A DNA stretch of 64,000 nt from Schmidtea nova (Eukaryota): positions 159,836,001 to 159,900,000 of the forward strand of contig CM097883.1 in NCBI GenBank assembly GCA_044892505.1, written 5' to 3'. The notes under the pieces were generated by a model. The model saw only the letters and a program-made list of their open reading frames with translations. It was not told where the DNA came from and did not search any database. Positions 12,651 to 24,092 of this stretch are shown one piece after another. Position numbers and translations under genes: made by a program. Each line of letters opens with the position of its first letter. Position 1 is the first letter of the stretch.

Positions 12651-13499
12651 CAACTGACACGACGGGAGAAGAGCGAACTATTGAAAATAATGGTCAACCT
12701 ACGACTGAAATGTCAACCGATAGGAAACAAAGAAACCGATACGTACCAGCGTACCTACAAGATTATATTCTCGGCGACGACGCGCTTGACGATGATGTTG
12801 ACATCACGGGGGAATGTGATAATTGATTATTATTTTTGTTTGAATAATGTTAAAAACGTTATTGCCATTTTTTATGAATTCTTAATAAAGTCATTCTTGT
12901 GCGTTCGACTTCAATATTCAGGTTTCCCTTCAATGGCTAAATTTTTTACAAGTAATTTGATATTGCTTTACCCCCCTCTTATAATGGTCTCAAATCTATA
13001 TTTGAGAAATCGTTCCAACAGAGCTGTACTGCTGGTCGAAACTTGGTATTCATTTCAATAACAAATCTAATACAAAATTTTCTATCTGGAATCACACGTT
13101 TTGGGTGGAATTTTAGTTTTCTCTGTTTAATGAAAAAAATTGATCTCGCCATGGATTTATTTCGAGTCAATGTTTCCCATAGATTCAGAATATTCATAGT
13201 TTCATTTTAATTTTCTTCTATTGTGAATTTTATCGAGATATAATTTTTTTTCTCAAAAAAATTGTTTCTCAAAAGCTATTACAAGTCTATATCCTCAATC
13301 AGAATTCAAGGTACCATGGCGAGAAGGATTCACAGATGTGCACGTCACATGGATTCTCCCGTCTGAAATTATTTTGTGAATAAAACTTTTGTTATATTTA
13401 TTTGAAATTTCCTAATTAAGTAATTTATATGGTGGATTATTTTCCCTTATGATTGTTGGTAAAAGTCTGGTAAATTTTCATTTTTGATTTATCTTTATG

Positions 13500-14290
13500 A
13501 CTATTAGTGCGAGACGTTTATATAAAGGTTTGGTCAAGTTTTATATAGGAAAATTTAATATTAACTTGATTTTTGGTGGATTGTCGTTGAGGGAATATAT
13601 GATTAACATTTCCTTCACTAACGTTGATTTAATAGTTTACTGTGTAAAGCACGATAGCTGGGTCATATGGGTCTTAATGACTAAAACAATAATTTGTAAA
13701 ATGTAATTCATCTTTATAGGTGTCATCAAGTGCAAATAAGATAGTTAAGGTTACAATGTGTTATTGAGTGTAATGATTAGCTTAATTTCAAATATAAATG
13801 AATAAAGTTTTTGGTGAAATTTTTGAATGTAAAATGCTGTATAGATAACATTAATGAGCGAACAATTAACCTATTGTAAAAAAAGTATTTGGACTTCTGT
13901 GTAGATTTTTCTGGGTATGTTATTAGTATGGATGATGATTGTTGGTTGAATGATTTAATTAATTGCGAATAAAGATGTTGTGAGATGCAAATAGGAAATT
14001 AATACCATAGGGTTATGTTATTTAATGACATGGGTAACTTAACGATGAATGTAAATGAATGGATCTTTGTAAAAATTCTCTGGATGTAGCATGCTGTATG
14101 AGATGTTAATAAGTTAAACGATATAATTTACATGAAATTATAGATGAATGAATTTTCGTGTGTAGTATTAGTTATAGATGATACTAATGAGTTAAATGGG
14201 TGTACTGATCTGCAAATAGGATTCTATGAATTTTTCTTAGGTTTAAGAGGGTAATTTATGAAACGATATATATATTAAAATCAATAATTC
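13500..14290 (-). pseudogene. Highly decayed non-LTR (LINE-like) RT relic
   Basis: The minus strand reads FNIYI..LP...RILFAD(Q/D)T at ~14210-14280, the LINE RT motif region. The rest is too degenerate to align by eye. Confidence 0.35.
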
Positions 14291-14442
14291 CCATAATGGA
14301 TGACTATAGATCAAAATTTCTTTAAATAAGTACACAATATTCGGCACAGCCTTTATCAAGTGTGATAAAGGCTGTGCCGAAATATTGTGTACTTATTTAA
14401 AGAAATTTTGATCTATACTCTTACCATTATGGGAATTATTGA
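14281..14442. repeat. Near-perfect inverted repeat (~78-bp arms, 4-nt loop)
   Basis: Left arm 14281-14358, loop AGTG, right arm 14363-14442. Lies just before the N gap. Confidence 0.9.
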
Positions 14443-14471
14443 TATTAATATTAAAAAAGGATCAAAGGTGA

Positions 14472-14639
14472 NNNNNNNNNNNNNNNNNNNNNNNNNNNNN
14501 NNNNNNNNNNNNNNNNNNNNNNNNNNNNNNNNNNNNNNNNNNNNNNNNNNNNNNNNNNNNNNNNNNNNNNNNNNNNNNNNNNNNNNNNNNNNNNNNNNNN
14601 NNNNNNNNNNNNNNNNNNNNNNNNNNNNNNNNNNNNNNN
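14472..14639. other. Assembly gap (168 N)
   Basis: Run of N. Confidence 1.
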
Positions 14640-15142
14640 TGAAATAAAAACCGATTGTAATATTTATTATTTTTCTGTCTAAATTAGGAAAATTTAAATT
14701 TGAAATTCTATAAAAATATTTATAACAATAAAAAATTTTAGATTCATAATTTTTATAATTTACAAGCTTAATTTGAATTTTCAATTTTTTCACAAAATAT
14801 TATTTTTAATATTGGAATTATATTTTTACCAAAAAGATAACTTTGATCGCATGTGAATTTTCCAAAAGAATATACATAAAATTTCCGAGCTATTTCGTTT
14901 GGAAATTTCAATCACCCAAAATTATAAATAAAATTTTAAAAGTTTTTATGAATAATGTTTCAGATAAAATGGAATTCAGCTGAATGAAATCAAATATAAT
15001 TTACATAATCTAGAAAAATCTATATTCTCTATTATAATCGAGACATTTCTATCATACTTTGAGCTTCTAGTTAGACGATTTTTATAAATTCGATTTTCCA
15101 AAAGACTTTGTGATTCCTTTCGTGATGAAGTGAAGGAGATGT

Positions 15143-17402
15143 TCATGTGAGCGAAGGTGATTTACGAGGTGGATGCATCGTTTCAATAACTTTCATTATG
15201 TCAAAATTTTTGTGTAATTGTGTACAATTAATAAGCTTTATATAGATACAAATAGTTACTGTCAATCCGAACGGTAATCGCTCAAAACAGAACTGCCCGC
15301 TTTTCGTACTAAACGCGGTTTTCTCCTGTGACTCTGCTGCCAATGCCACTTGATAATATGCTTGACCCAGATCCAATGATGAGAAAAACTTCGCTCCGGC
15401 CAAGCAATATAGTAGCTGTGTGATATTCGGCATCGGAAAAGATTCCTTCTCTGTCAGACTATTTAGACTCCGATAATCCGCACACATTCTGATCGATCCG
15501 TCTTTTTTCCTACTATGACTAATGGTGCGTTCCATGGAATCTGACATCGCCTGATCACCCTTGCTTCTACTAACTTTTGTATTAAGTCATCTACCTTCCG
15601 TTCCAGATGCATCGGTTGTCGTCGTGGATATTGCATTACTGGATTACCAGTCGTTTTAATTTTATGTACTACCGTCGTGGTATATCCTAAATCGAATTTG
15701 TTTGCCATAAATATTGAAGCAAAATCCATGATTAATTTCTAGAGCTCGATATTTTCCTCTTTCAGCAAGTCTGTTTTCGCTTTTAATATTCGGTCTTTGT
15801 CGTTGATGTTTGTCTTGATCTCATTGTCTTCAATACTTTTCACTTCCACCAGTTGTATGCCGAACGCTTTCATTGTATATACTCCACCAATAAATCCTGG
15901 TCGAATATCCCTCATAACAACAATACAAATGTTCCTCTGTTTTTGGTTCCATTTCGCTTCTACCATCGTACGTCCCAGTGGTCTTTTACTTCCTGGAAAA
16001 ACGCCACAAATCGTCAAATCGCTTGCATCTAACCTCGGTTTTCCGATGTTTATCCATGTTTCTTCATTCATCACTGATATTGATGCCCCCGAATCCCATA
16101 ACATTTCTACTTCAACCGTATTAATAACCATCTTACTCCATTCTCTTCCATCGCTCGTCTGATACTTCATGCTTCTTCTCCTGTCATTTCGATTTTCTTC
16201 ATTTATATCTGCGATTCCATTGACGAAATGTGTGCAATGAGATCGTTGGCATTTTTTCTTACTTCTACTTCATGTGGTTGACACTCACTTCCGTATTCAT
16301 CTCTAAAATCATAACTATTTATCTGCTGATCCTCCGTTTCTTCGTGTATACATGATATCTTCTTGACGTCAGTGTTGTAACCTCATCGTCCATTCAGGAG
16401 GTTACAATTTCTAAAATTGTGTCCGTTCTTCCCGCAAATCAAGCATTTATCCTTTAAAGGGCATTCAAAACGCCTATGTCCTTCTTCTCCGCAACAAAAA
16501 CATTGACCTGATTTGAGTTCGCATTGCCTTGGTTCTGGTAATCCCATATGTCTGTTGTATAATTGTTTGGCTATATGTTTCAGAGATACAGTTGGCATCT
16601 TCTTTTCACCCGCCTGTTGTCCTTTCCATCTTTGGGACTCTGGTTGTTCATATCTTCCGTATTCTACTTTGTTTTCGAAACTTCTGGGTTCTTTTCGTAT
16701 ATATGGTCTTTGCTTTCCTCTCTCCAATTCCTCTCGATTCCTTAGACCTTCTTTGAATTTTTCCGCATATGACATTGGCTTCACTGCCAAAATTTCTTCA
16801 GATCTGTCCTCTGTTTTCTGATAAATATTTGCTAAATCATTTCTCTCTTTGTGATCCATCTTAGGTTTTGTCGTAAGTACCTCTTTTAATCTTTTATCTC
16901 TCACTCTGTGCATAATAATCTCACTTACGATTTCTTCCTTTGACAATCCTGAATAAAAACCTTCTTCCACGATTTTGAGAACTCGAATCTCGAAAGTAGC
17001 AAAACGTTCGTTGTCATCTTGTCTGATAGTTGCAAGATCCTTGATTTTATCTAATATTGACTTTTTTATAGTGAATGTTTCAATAAACCATTCTCTAGCA
17101 TCATCCTCTGATGTGTCTTCGGTTTTGACATTCTTCCACAAGATTGACGCTTCTTCTGATAACAACAAATCAAAAGCTTCCACCCGTTTTAGATCATTTC
17201 TTATAATCCAATCATCGATCGCTTTAATCCATTTTTCTGCTTCCTTAGCGCATCTTCCATCGTATCTACGAATTTCAACGTCTAAGATTTCTTGAGCCTT
17301 CTTTGGTAAAACATCTCTTGCCGATTTCTTATCTTGGCTACGTGTTTTAACTGCGTTAATTTCGGCGTGATCGCCAGTAACTATCTTAATATCAAATATC
17401 AA
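15143..17402 (-). mobile_element. Truncated Ty3/Gypsy relic (gag, protease, N-terminal RT)
   Basis: Gag 16383-17402 with knuckles CFCCGEEGHRRFEC and CLICGKNGHNFRNC. Protease LWDSGASISV (15739-16170). Frameshifted RT (PWNAPLVIVGKK / DYRSLN / LDLGQAYYQV) lost before YxDD. No LTR pair identified. Confidence 0.88.
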
Positions 17403-18446
17403 GAATAATAATATTTATTTTAAAAACAACTCGTTCTTGTTGATTATTTAAACAACATTCTTTTTTAATAATCATTACATTACTATAATAAGCACTTCAG
17501 CTCTCATTTTCGAGAAAATCCACATAAAAGCTTAAATAAAATCAGAAGTATTAAAATTGCACACCAAAGCCTGATTCAATGAACTAACGTAAGTTAAAAT
17601 GATAGAAAATCAGCAACTATTTATAGCGAAAACGATTTCTCCATCTAAATGAAAGAGAAATAACCGTACTTGTGGTTATAAGAAACCCGGACAGACAAAA
17701 AGATCCAACATCAAAATCTTTATTTGAGCATAAGTAAATGCAGCAAATACCCCCTCAAGGAAAGAGGAAAAACCGCACCACTCGTGGTTATAAGAAATCA
17801 ACGATTTATGTCGAGTTATCAACGTCAACCGAGGTTACTGTAACTATACGACGTATAGTATACGTGTTGATATAATTTTTCATTATAGATCCACCTTTTT
17901 AAGTATAGGAGACAATGGAAAATTAAATTCACTCAGTAATACTTTTGCGACTCGTAAATATAAACATTTAAATTGATTAGATGATGAATAAAAGCTACTC
18001 ATCAGAGTAGAAAAGGTAGAACAATAATTTCACTCTCCTACATTGTAGGTATCTGTTTGCAAATGCTGATCTATGAAGCAATCAGCAAACTCATCGAGAT
18101 TTAAAATCAATGAAACAGGTTTTATAAAAAACTCAGTCACTAATAAAGGCATTTAATAACAAAAATTTGTATAACAATATAACAGAAATCTTCACGTTGG
18201 GTAATATAAAAACATAAAAGGTGGTGGACAAAATAAAATATTATTGTCACATTAAATAATCATTACACATTAAACTATCGTAAAATATTGAATTTAAAGA
18301 TAAACTCTAAAATTTCTTAGGACGAGGTGCGACTCAGCCTACAACAACTATGTGACTACAATACAACTATATAAGAGCAGACCGAGCAGAGCAGAATTTA
18401 GATTTTGTCAACACCGTCATAATGCACCCATGATCAACCAGAACAC

Positions 18447-18681
18447 TGGAGGGTTGTTGACCGTCAATATAACCTTGACGTTGTTATTGCTCACATCAAC
18501 AACTCAACACATAAAACATTAGATTATCCATCTTGTTGCCCATCACAATGTAACGTTGGTAATGCAACAATTGGGTGGGAATTTGCAACCAGTGAGCGTC
18601 GAAAACTCGAAACTATGATTGACCGAATATTTCCTGGATCCAAGGACTACCGATAGAAAGTTTAATGTCCATTTTTGTCCC
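18447..18681 (-). repeat. ~230-nt dispersed element (U5-like LTR end of the second family)
   Basis: Aligns with 6301-6535 (-), 57839-58072 (+) and a partial copy at ~1774-1830. Ends ...CAACAACCC(T/A)CCA. Confidence 0.85.
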
Positions 18682-20518
18682 GTATTTAAAGATTTATCTA
18701 CAAGCATTCGATAAGATTTTAATCAAAAATTCAAAATAAATAATCAACATCAATGTAAATTTATTATTGCATTAAAAGGAATCCTTCCAAGCATCAAAAC
18801 ACTAACAAATTTACGTAAAGATCCATTTAAAATACACAGAAAATCAATAAACACAGCAAAATTATAAAAATAATATTACCCCAGTATCAAAGTATTCGGT
18901 TCGTGCAAAAATTTGTCCGAGGTTTTTATTTTACGAGCCCCTTCTTCGGATCGGGTATTAAATCGATCGATTTGCGACTTCTACAACGAATATTATTTTA
19001 TTTGTAGCTATTAAAAGATTTATTTCAAGCAAGCAAATGTTATCCATAAGACATCATTCTCAGGTAGGATCTGGTCGCTACTCGATTCAGGGATCAAATT
19101 GCGTTTATGCTCGGGATGTAATTATATTGTTACCATAATATATCTAATTATTATTTTCATGCTTTTGGAAATTTTTCTTATATTCTCTTAAATTTAATTG
19201 AATTTTACTTAAGTCCTATTCCCTAATGTATATCTTGGCTTCATAATTATAATAAAATTTTCATTAAAAATTTAATATTTAGATTTTTTTTGCCTAGGCC
19301 TTAGTAACGGCTTTGATTCAGTAAAACTTTCCTCTTATAATTTATAGGCATAAAATTTCGTTTTTCAAGACAATTTAATTATTTCATTTTAATTTAAGAA
19401 TTTGTTGTCATTTAAATTGAACTCGGTAAGAATTACGAAAAAATTAATAATTATTATATTATTTATAACACTTTGTTTAAAATAACTTATTTCCATTCGA
19501 CCTTTGGTCTATTTTTAAAATAAAACACAACCTGATTGGTTAGTTCTTACATTAATTTTAATTATCATAAATCAATTATCGATTTTGTAGATTTAACTCC
19601 AGGAATGTAACTGTCCTAAGCTGTCAAAATGGAAATTTAAAGGCAAAGGAAGAAAAAAAGATTTTCCATTGATTTATCTCTTATATTAGTTTGGCTTTTA
19701 GTTATTGCAAAAAGAAACGATAAGCTACCATCATCACAATTCTTTTCTGTTTGTCTAGTCAAATATACAGATCAAAGTTCAACAGAATGTTTTAACAACG
19801 ATACTTTCCTTTCAAATTACTCCGTAAGCGCGACTATGGGTAGACCTAGCCTAATCGGGATTTCAACTCTCGTGGATTTTCTCATTCTTGTCACCGAATC
19901 TCGATCTCTATCCAACAAACTTCACATCGAAATTTTCATGATGCTTTTAATAAGCCGCAATATCGAGCCTGTTTATTTTTGAAATTGCCTTGACTACAAG
20001 AGATATTTATCTTTATCTTTATGAATACCAATAAAAGTCTTGTAAACTTTTATCTTTTATATTTCTGGATGTGTGTTGCAATTTTTTCAAGTTTTGGATG
20101 GATTCTTTTTTGTGATACATTCACGAAATTTTTCAATGAAATAAAGTTTAGTGAACCACATTAAGATTGGTGCAACCTGACATGATGAATTTGAGCTTCG
20201 TGAAGCGCTTTCGAAATTATTTTCTACTTCTTGACTAAAAGAAAAAAAAATTTTTTAGTTGTTAGTTGGTTTTTTTACACAAGATATCTAATTAGTAGTT
20301 TAAGCCAGGTTTAGTGAAATTAGGGGTATTTGTGGGTTACCATTAAGGGGAACGTTACTTTATTGATTTCTTTACTAGTTATCGGGTATTTTAAGTTAAA
20401 ATGAACTTGTGTGTAGGGTATTGTACGTGGTTGGTTCATTAAGTACCTGCAGTCGGTATCAAAAACAAAAGATATTGACAAAACACATTTATTTTTAGAA
20501 TCTACGACATGTCTAGGC

Positions 20519-20646
20519 TTATTGTTCAATGTAAGAGCCATTGTTCTCAATACACTTTTTCCAACGAACAGGAAGTTCTAAAAACCCGTTATTGTAGAAC
20601 GATTTTGGTTTTTCGTCGAAGAATTTTGTTACTTCCTCCTTTAGTG
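20519..20646 (-). pseudogene. Mariner transposase C-terminus, separated from its N-terminal part by the giant LTR element
   Basis: KEEVTKFFDEKPKSFYNNGFLELPVRWKKCIENNGSYIEQ*. Joins in frame to 50029-50871 once one TSD copy is removed. Confidence 0.9.
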
Positions 20647-21030
20647 TGCTGGTGTGTTGGTTAGATTGACAACTGAGATCATTAGGATTTTATATGTTAG
20701 GGTGATCTCGCCAACATAAAAACATTCCCCCGCTGACACCCATGATGTATCCCTAACTACTCATCATGTTGGTGCTGTGTCAACGTTGTGAAATGACAAG
20801 GCAGGTGAGCAACCTTTCGGCTACTATTCCCTTGTTTATTCACGGGTCCGCCACTACCGATAGAAGGTGTCTGTGGCTTTCTTTCGGTCCCACTTATGCT
20901 CTTTTCTATTGTCCTAGGGTGATTTAATCTTAGCGCATCTGCAGTTTTTCATGAATCCGGGTTTTATTTATATTCAATTCTCAGACATTCCACACACAAA
21001 CAAGACAAGTCAAATCATTCGTTTTATACA

Positions 21031-21036
21031 TTTATT
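21031..21036 (-). promoter_or_regulatory. Putative polyadenylation signal in the LTR
   Basis: AATAAA overlapping the ORF-B stop, followed ~25 nt later by GU-rich TTGTCTTGTTTGTGTGTGG. Confidence 0.55.
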
Positions 21037-21613
21037 TATAGTTTAACAATACAGAGGGTCGGATTACATTTAGTAGTTCTTGCTCGGATAGACCACTGAG
21101 CAAGTCTACCTCTATTCCTACGCGATCTGCATATGCGCGTCTCTCCCTGCGCTTTTTCGCTCCCAAGCGATTCCGTCTCTTTGTCCGTTTCGAGCCTTCC
21201 AGAATTATTGGGGATGTTGTGGTAGTTGTGATTGGGATGGTTTCTATTTCCGTTTGGGTACTTGTTGTCCTCGATATTGTGTCCACCCACCGATTAAAGG
21301 TGCTAGCCCTGATCACTGGGCGTAATTGCTCGGTGATGAACTCCTGGGTTGATGCCCTCAAGTAATTCGACAGCTCCATCTTTAGTGCGGCGACCTCCCT
21401 AGCTTGCTCGTCGATTGTTCGTTCCGCCCTGTATCTGGCTTGTAAGATGGCTTTAACCCTCTCCGGATTAAACCATGTTGTCTTAATTCGCTGGTGCTCC
21501 TCATTCAGTTGTCTCAAGCGACTCTCGAGGACACGAGATCGTGCTCTATGTTCGTGTGACTCTTGCTTGTAATTTCGATTGGGATTTTCGTCCATATCTG
21601 AGTAATGTATCAT
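21032..21613 (-). CDS. LTR-encoded ORF-B, 193 aa, coiled coil plus Arg-rich motif
   Basis: Open in the 3' LTR; KRTKRRNRLGAKKRRERR basic tract; homologous pseudogene at 6863-7398. Confidence 0.75.
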   Translation of the reverse strand: MIHYSDMDENPNRNYKQESHEHRARSRVLESRLRQLNEEHQRIKTTWFNPERVKAILQARYRAERTIDEQAREVAALKMELSNYLRASTQEFITEQLRPVIRASTFNRWVDTISRTTSTQTEIETIPITTTTTSPIILEGSKRTKRRNRLGAKKRRERRAYADRVGIEVDLLSGLSEQELLNVIRPSVLLNYK

Positions 21614-21790
21614 TAACTAGGATATATATGCATTGTTTGGTTTCTCAGTCATCATTTTATGGTTAAACAACTGCATTCCTATCCTTACTCATTCCTCATA
21701 CATCCCAAATCAAAACAAAAACCCTTTTAAATGGATACATATATTTGCGATTCACAACAGATATTCGTTTATTGGGTGTTGTCCTCGTGA

Positions 21791-22423
21791 TCAATTGTAT
21801 GGTCGTAACTCTTGATTGGCCGGGTTCTCGTCTCGGCGAATCCCTGTTTCATGGTATAGTTCGGGGGCTGGATTCCAACTCAGTTTGTTTTGATAAATGA
21901 ACACCTCCCAGAGGCGAAGGTCTTTGGGCTCGGGGTGTTGATCCACGGAAACACTGCCTGGGGCATTCGGGTAAACGAAGACTTCCCCAGTGTCACCACA
22001 CCGAGGCCTGTCTAGCAGCAAATACCCGAGTTGGCCGAATGCCTGCCCGGTCATCATTCCGGTGCTTAGTACCCAGCGGGGTTGTCGTGTTTCATCTACA
22101 AATTGATAGAACCATCTCTTGTACCCATCTTTGGTGGGGTTCGGGGAGGGCGTCCAATCGACATCACCTTCCCACCTCAGCTGTAGTTGGAATGCACAGG
22201 CGGGAATACTCGCCGCGGTGCTCATATGGGTCCTTGTCCATCGACGCAGGTGTCTACGTGCGGAGTTGAAAATTTGGCGTGGGGCCTCCTTCTCTCCTTG
22301 GATTTCGGTAGGTACTTTTGGTGTGACGAGGGAGCGGATGCGCCGTTTCCTCCGTAGAATGTACTCCTCTAATTTGACGGTTAGGGGTTCTGTCGCATCC
22401 TTTACGAGATATTCTGTTTTCAT
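21791..22423 (-). CDS. LTR-encoded ORF-A, 210 aa, unknown function
   Basis: Open 210-codon frame in both LTRs, GC-richer than its surroundings, with RRKRR, its own AATAAA after the stop and CAG-A-ATG at the start. Confidence 0.65.
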   Translation of the reverse strand: MKTEYLVKDATEPLTVKLEEYILRRKRRIRSLVTPKVPTEIQGEKEAPRQIFNSARRHLRRWTRTHMSTAASIPACAFQLQLRWEGDVDWTPSPNPTKDGYKRWFYQFVDETRQPRWVLSTGMMTGQAFGQLGYLLLDRPRCGDTGEVFVYPNAPGSVSVDQHPEPKDLRLWEVFIYQNKLSWNPAPELYHETGIRRDENPANQELRPYN

Positions 22424-24092
22424 TCTGTCCCTCTGAAATGGAATTTTAAGTTAACTGACAGACTCTATCATCGACCATCGATATTTATGTCGATCAACCT
22501 ACTTGGTTTATTGTTCTACTGGCCGTAGGCCTTAGTAGTTCGTACATAATTTACTAGACTATTGGTCGCAGTGTTCAAGTAGGTGGTGAATTTACTTGGG
22601 TGAGTTGATACACTCCGCAATTTCAGTCGGTTTTAGCTATGCTCATTTAGGCTGATTATTTACAATCAGATTTTTCGTTACATTAAATTTCTCATCGATC
22701 ATTTTTATTCATCAAACCTGGTTCATTCACAGAGCATCATTAGCAACTATCAAGATTCACGTCGCGGGAAAAATTTTTTGTAATCCCTTAGTCGACTACT
22801 GTGTCGAGAAACGCACTAATTTTTATCTACTATCGGGTCTGACTTTTCATGCCCTTTGTGGGTTATATGTGTATATCTAACAGCTCATTCGGTTCACTAC
22901 TGTGCTTTGGTGCTAATGTCTTTTGACCGCGATGCTACGCTTTACCTACCTCAATTCTCGTTGATTTTTATGTACTAGCACTCCTTGAAGGTACACCCCT
23001 CGTCACGGTACCTCATGCATATATTTTCCCTTGCGAAATGAGCTTTACCTCGATTTTATTTATGACCATTAACTATCACTCGATACCCTATCATCGTGAT
23101 GTATAACGTTTATACTAGGTCATCTCTACCTTGATTTAGTTCCTGATCATTAGGTCTTACTCGATACCCTATGTGCATTTAACCCCTTCCGCTTTCCAAA
23201 TATTTAGTACACCTATAGTCCCGCCGCATCAGCACCTCACAACCGAAAGGTTGTGTTGCGCTGAGAGGCCCGAGAATCCGTCAGGCTGTTAGGCCTCCGG
23301 AAAACCTTATGGATTTTAATATGATTAACAATTATAATTATGAGGGTTTAAAGTAACAATCCAACACACAACAATTACCTTTTATTTTTCCTTCAAGTTG
23401 ATTTTACAATGTTCTCAGTGCTCAACTGCAAGATACACTTGGTAAAAATGACATTGTCAAATACTGATTTGACTTCAGTATTTATACTGAACCGGTGTTG
23501 TTGGTTAGCCAATCAGCATCGAGTATGTGTGTATGTTTGCTTCATTTTTCATGTTGTCGGCTTTTTGCTGCCTAACTTAACTTGCCGATTTGTTTGGTTA
23601 ATCATGCGGTAAGTTTTTCTTAGTCATCAATTTATTTTATTTTATTTTTGTTTTAGGTCTTTGGTGACATCCGCCCACGCGCTGTCATATTCCAATTTTA
23701 TCTGCTTCGCATGAGTGAGTTTTGAAGATTTTTTGTTGTTTTGATTTATATTTTATTTCTTTTAGATGTTGCCGCCTATTTTGTTACGCTTTGGTGTTGG
23801 TAATTTATTTTGTTGTTATTCTGTATTTAATTTATTTTATTGATTGTATATTATTTTCAGATGCTGCTCGATTTGGCTGGCCCAACATCACTCGGGGTCC
23901 CCTAAAATTGCGTCCCGCAATTACATGCATATACCTACATCAACATACATAAAAAGTTCGTGACAGAACTTACATGCAAAACCACATAAGGTGGTAGCTT
24001 TTATACACATTTATACAAAGTCACACATTGTCATTGTCATGTTTATATTGTTTATACACAGTTTCATGTTTCTGGCTCATAGGGGTTGATTT

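Larger units (their letters stand above)
9262..12913 (+). mobile_element. Compact Ty3/Gypsy LTR retrotransposon (3652 bp), pol disrupted
   Basis: LTRs 9262-9361 and 12815-12913 (TG...CA, ~100 bp, near identical), 5-bp TSD ATATT (9257-9261 / 12914-12918), PPT-like GGGGGAA before the 3' LTR. Confidence 0.95.
20647..23887 (-). repeat. 3' LTR of giant element (3241 bp)
   Basis: Direct repeat of 46787-50028. By eye about 7 substitutions and one 1-nt indel. Element-sense termini TGTTGG...CCAGCA. Confidence 0.97.

Noticed and set aside
17700-17900. LTR/PBS of the 15143-17402 Gypsy relic (TGGTGCGGT)
   Set aside because: No second LTR or TSD to confirm the boundaries.
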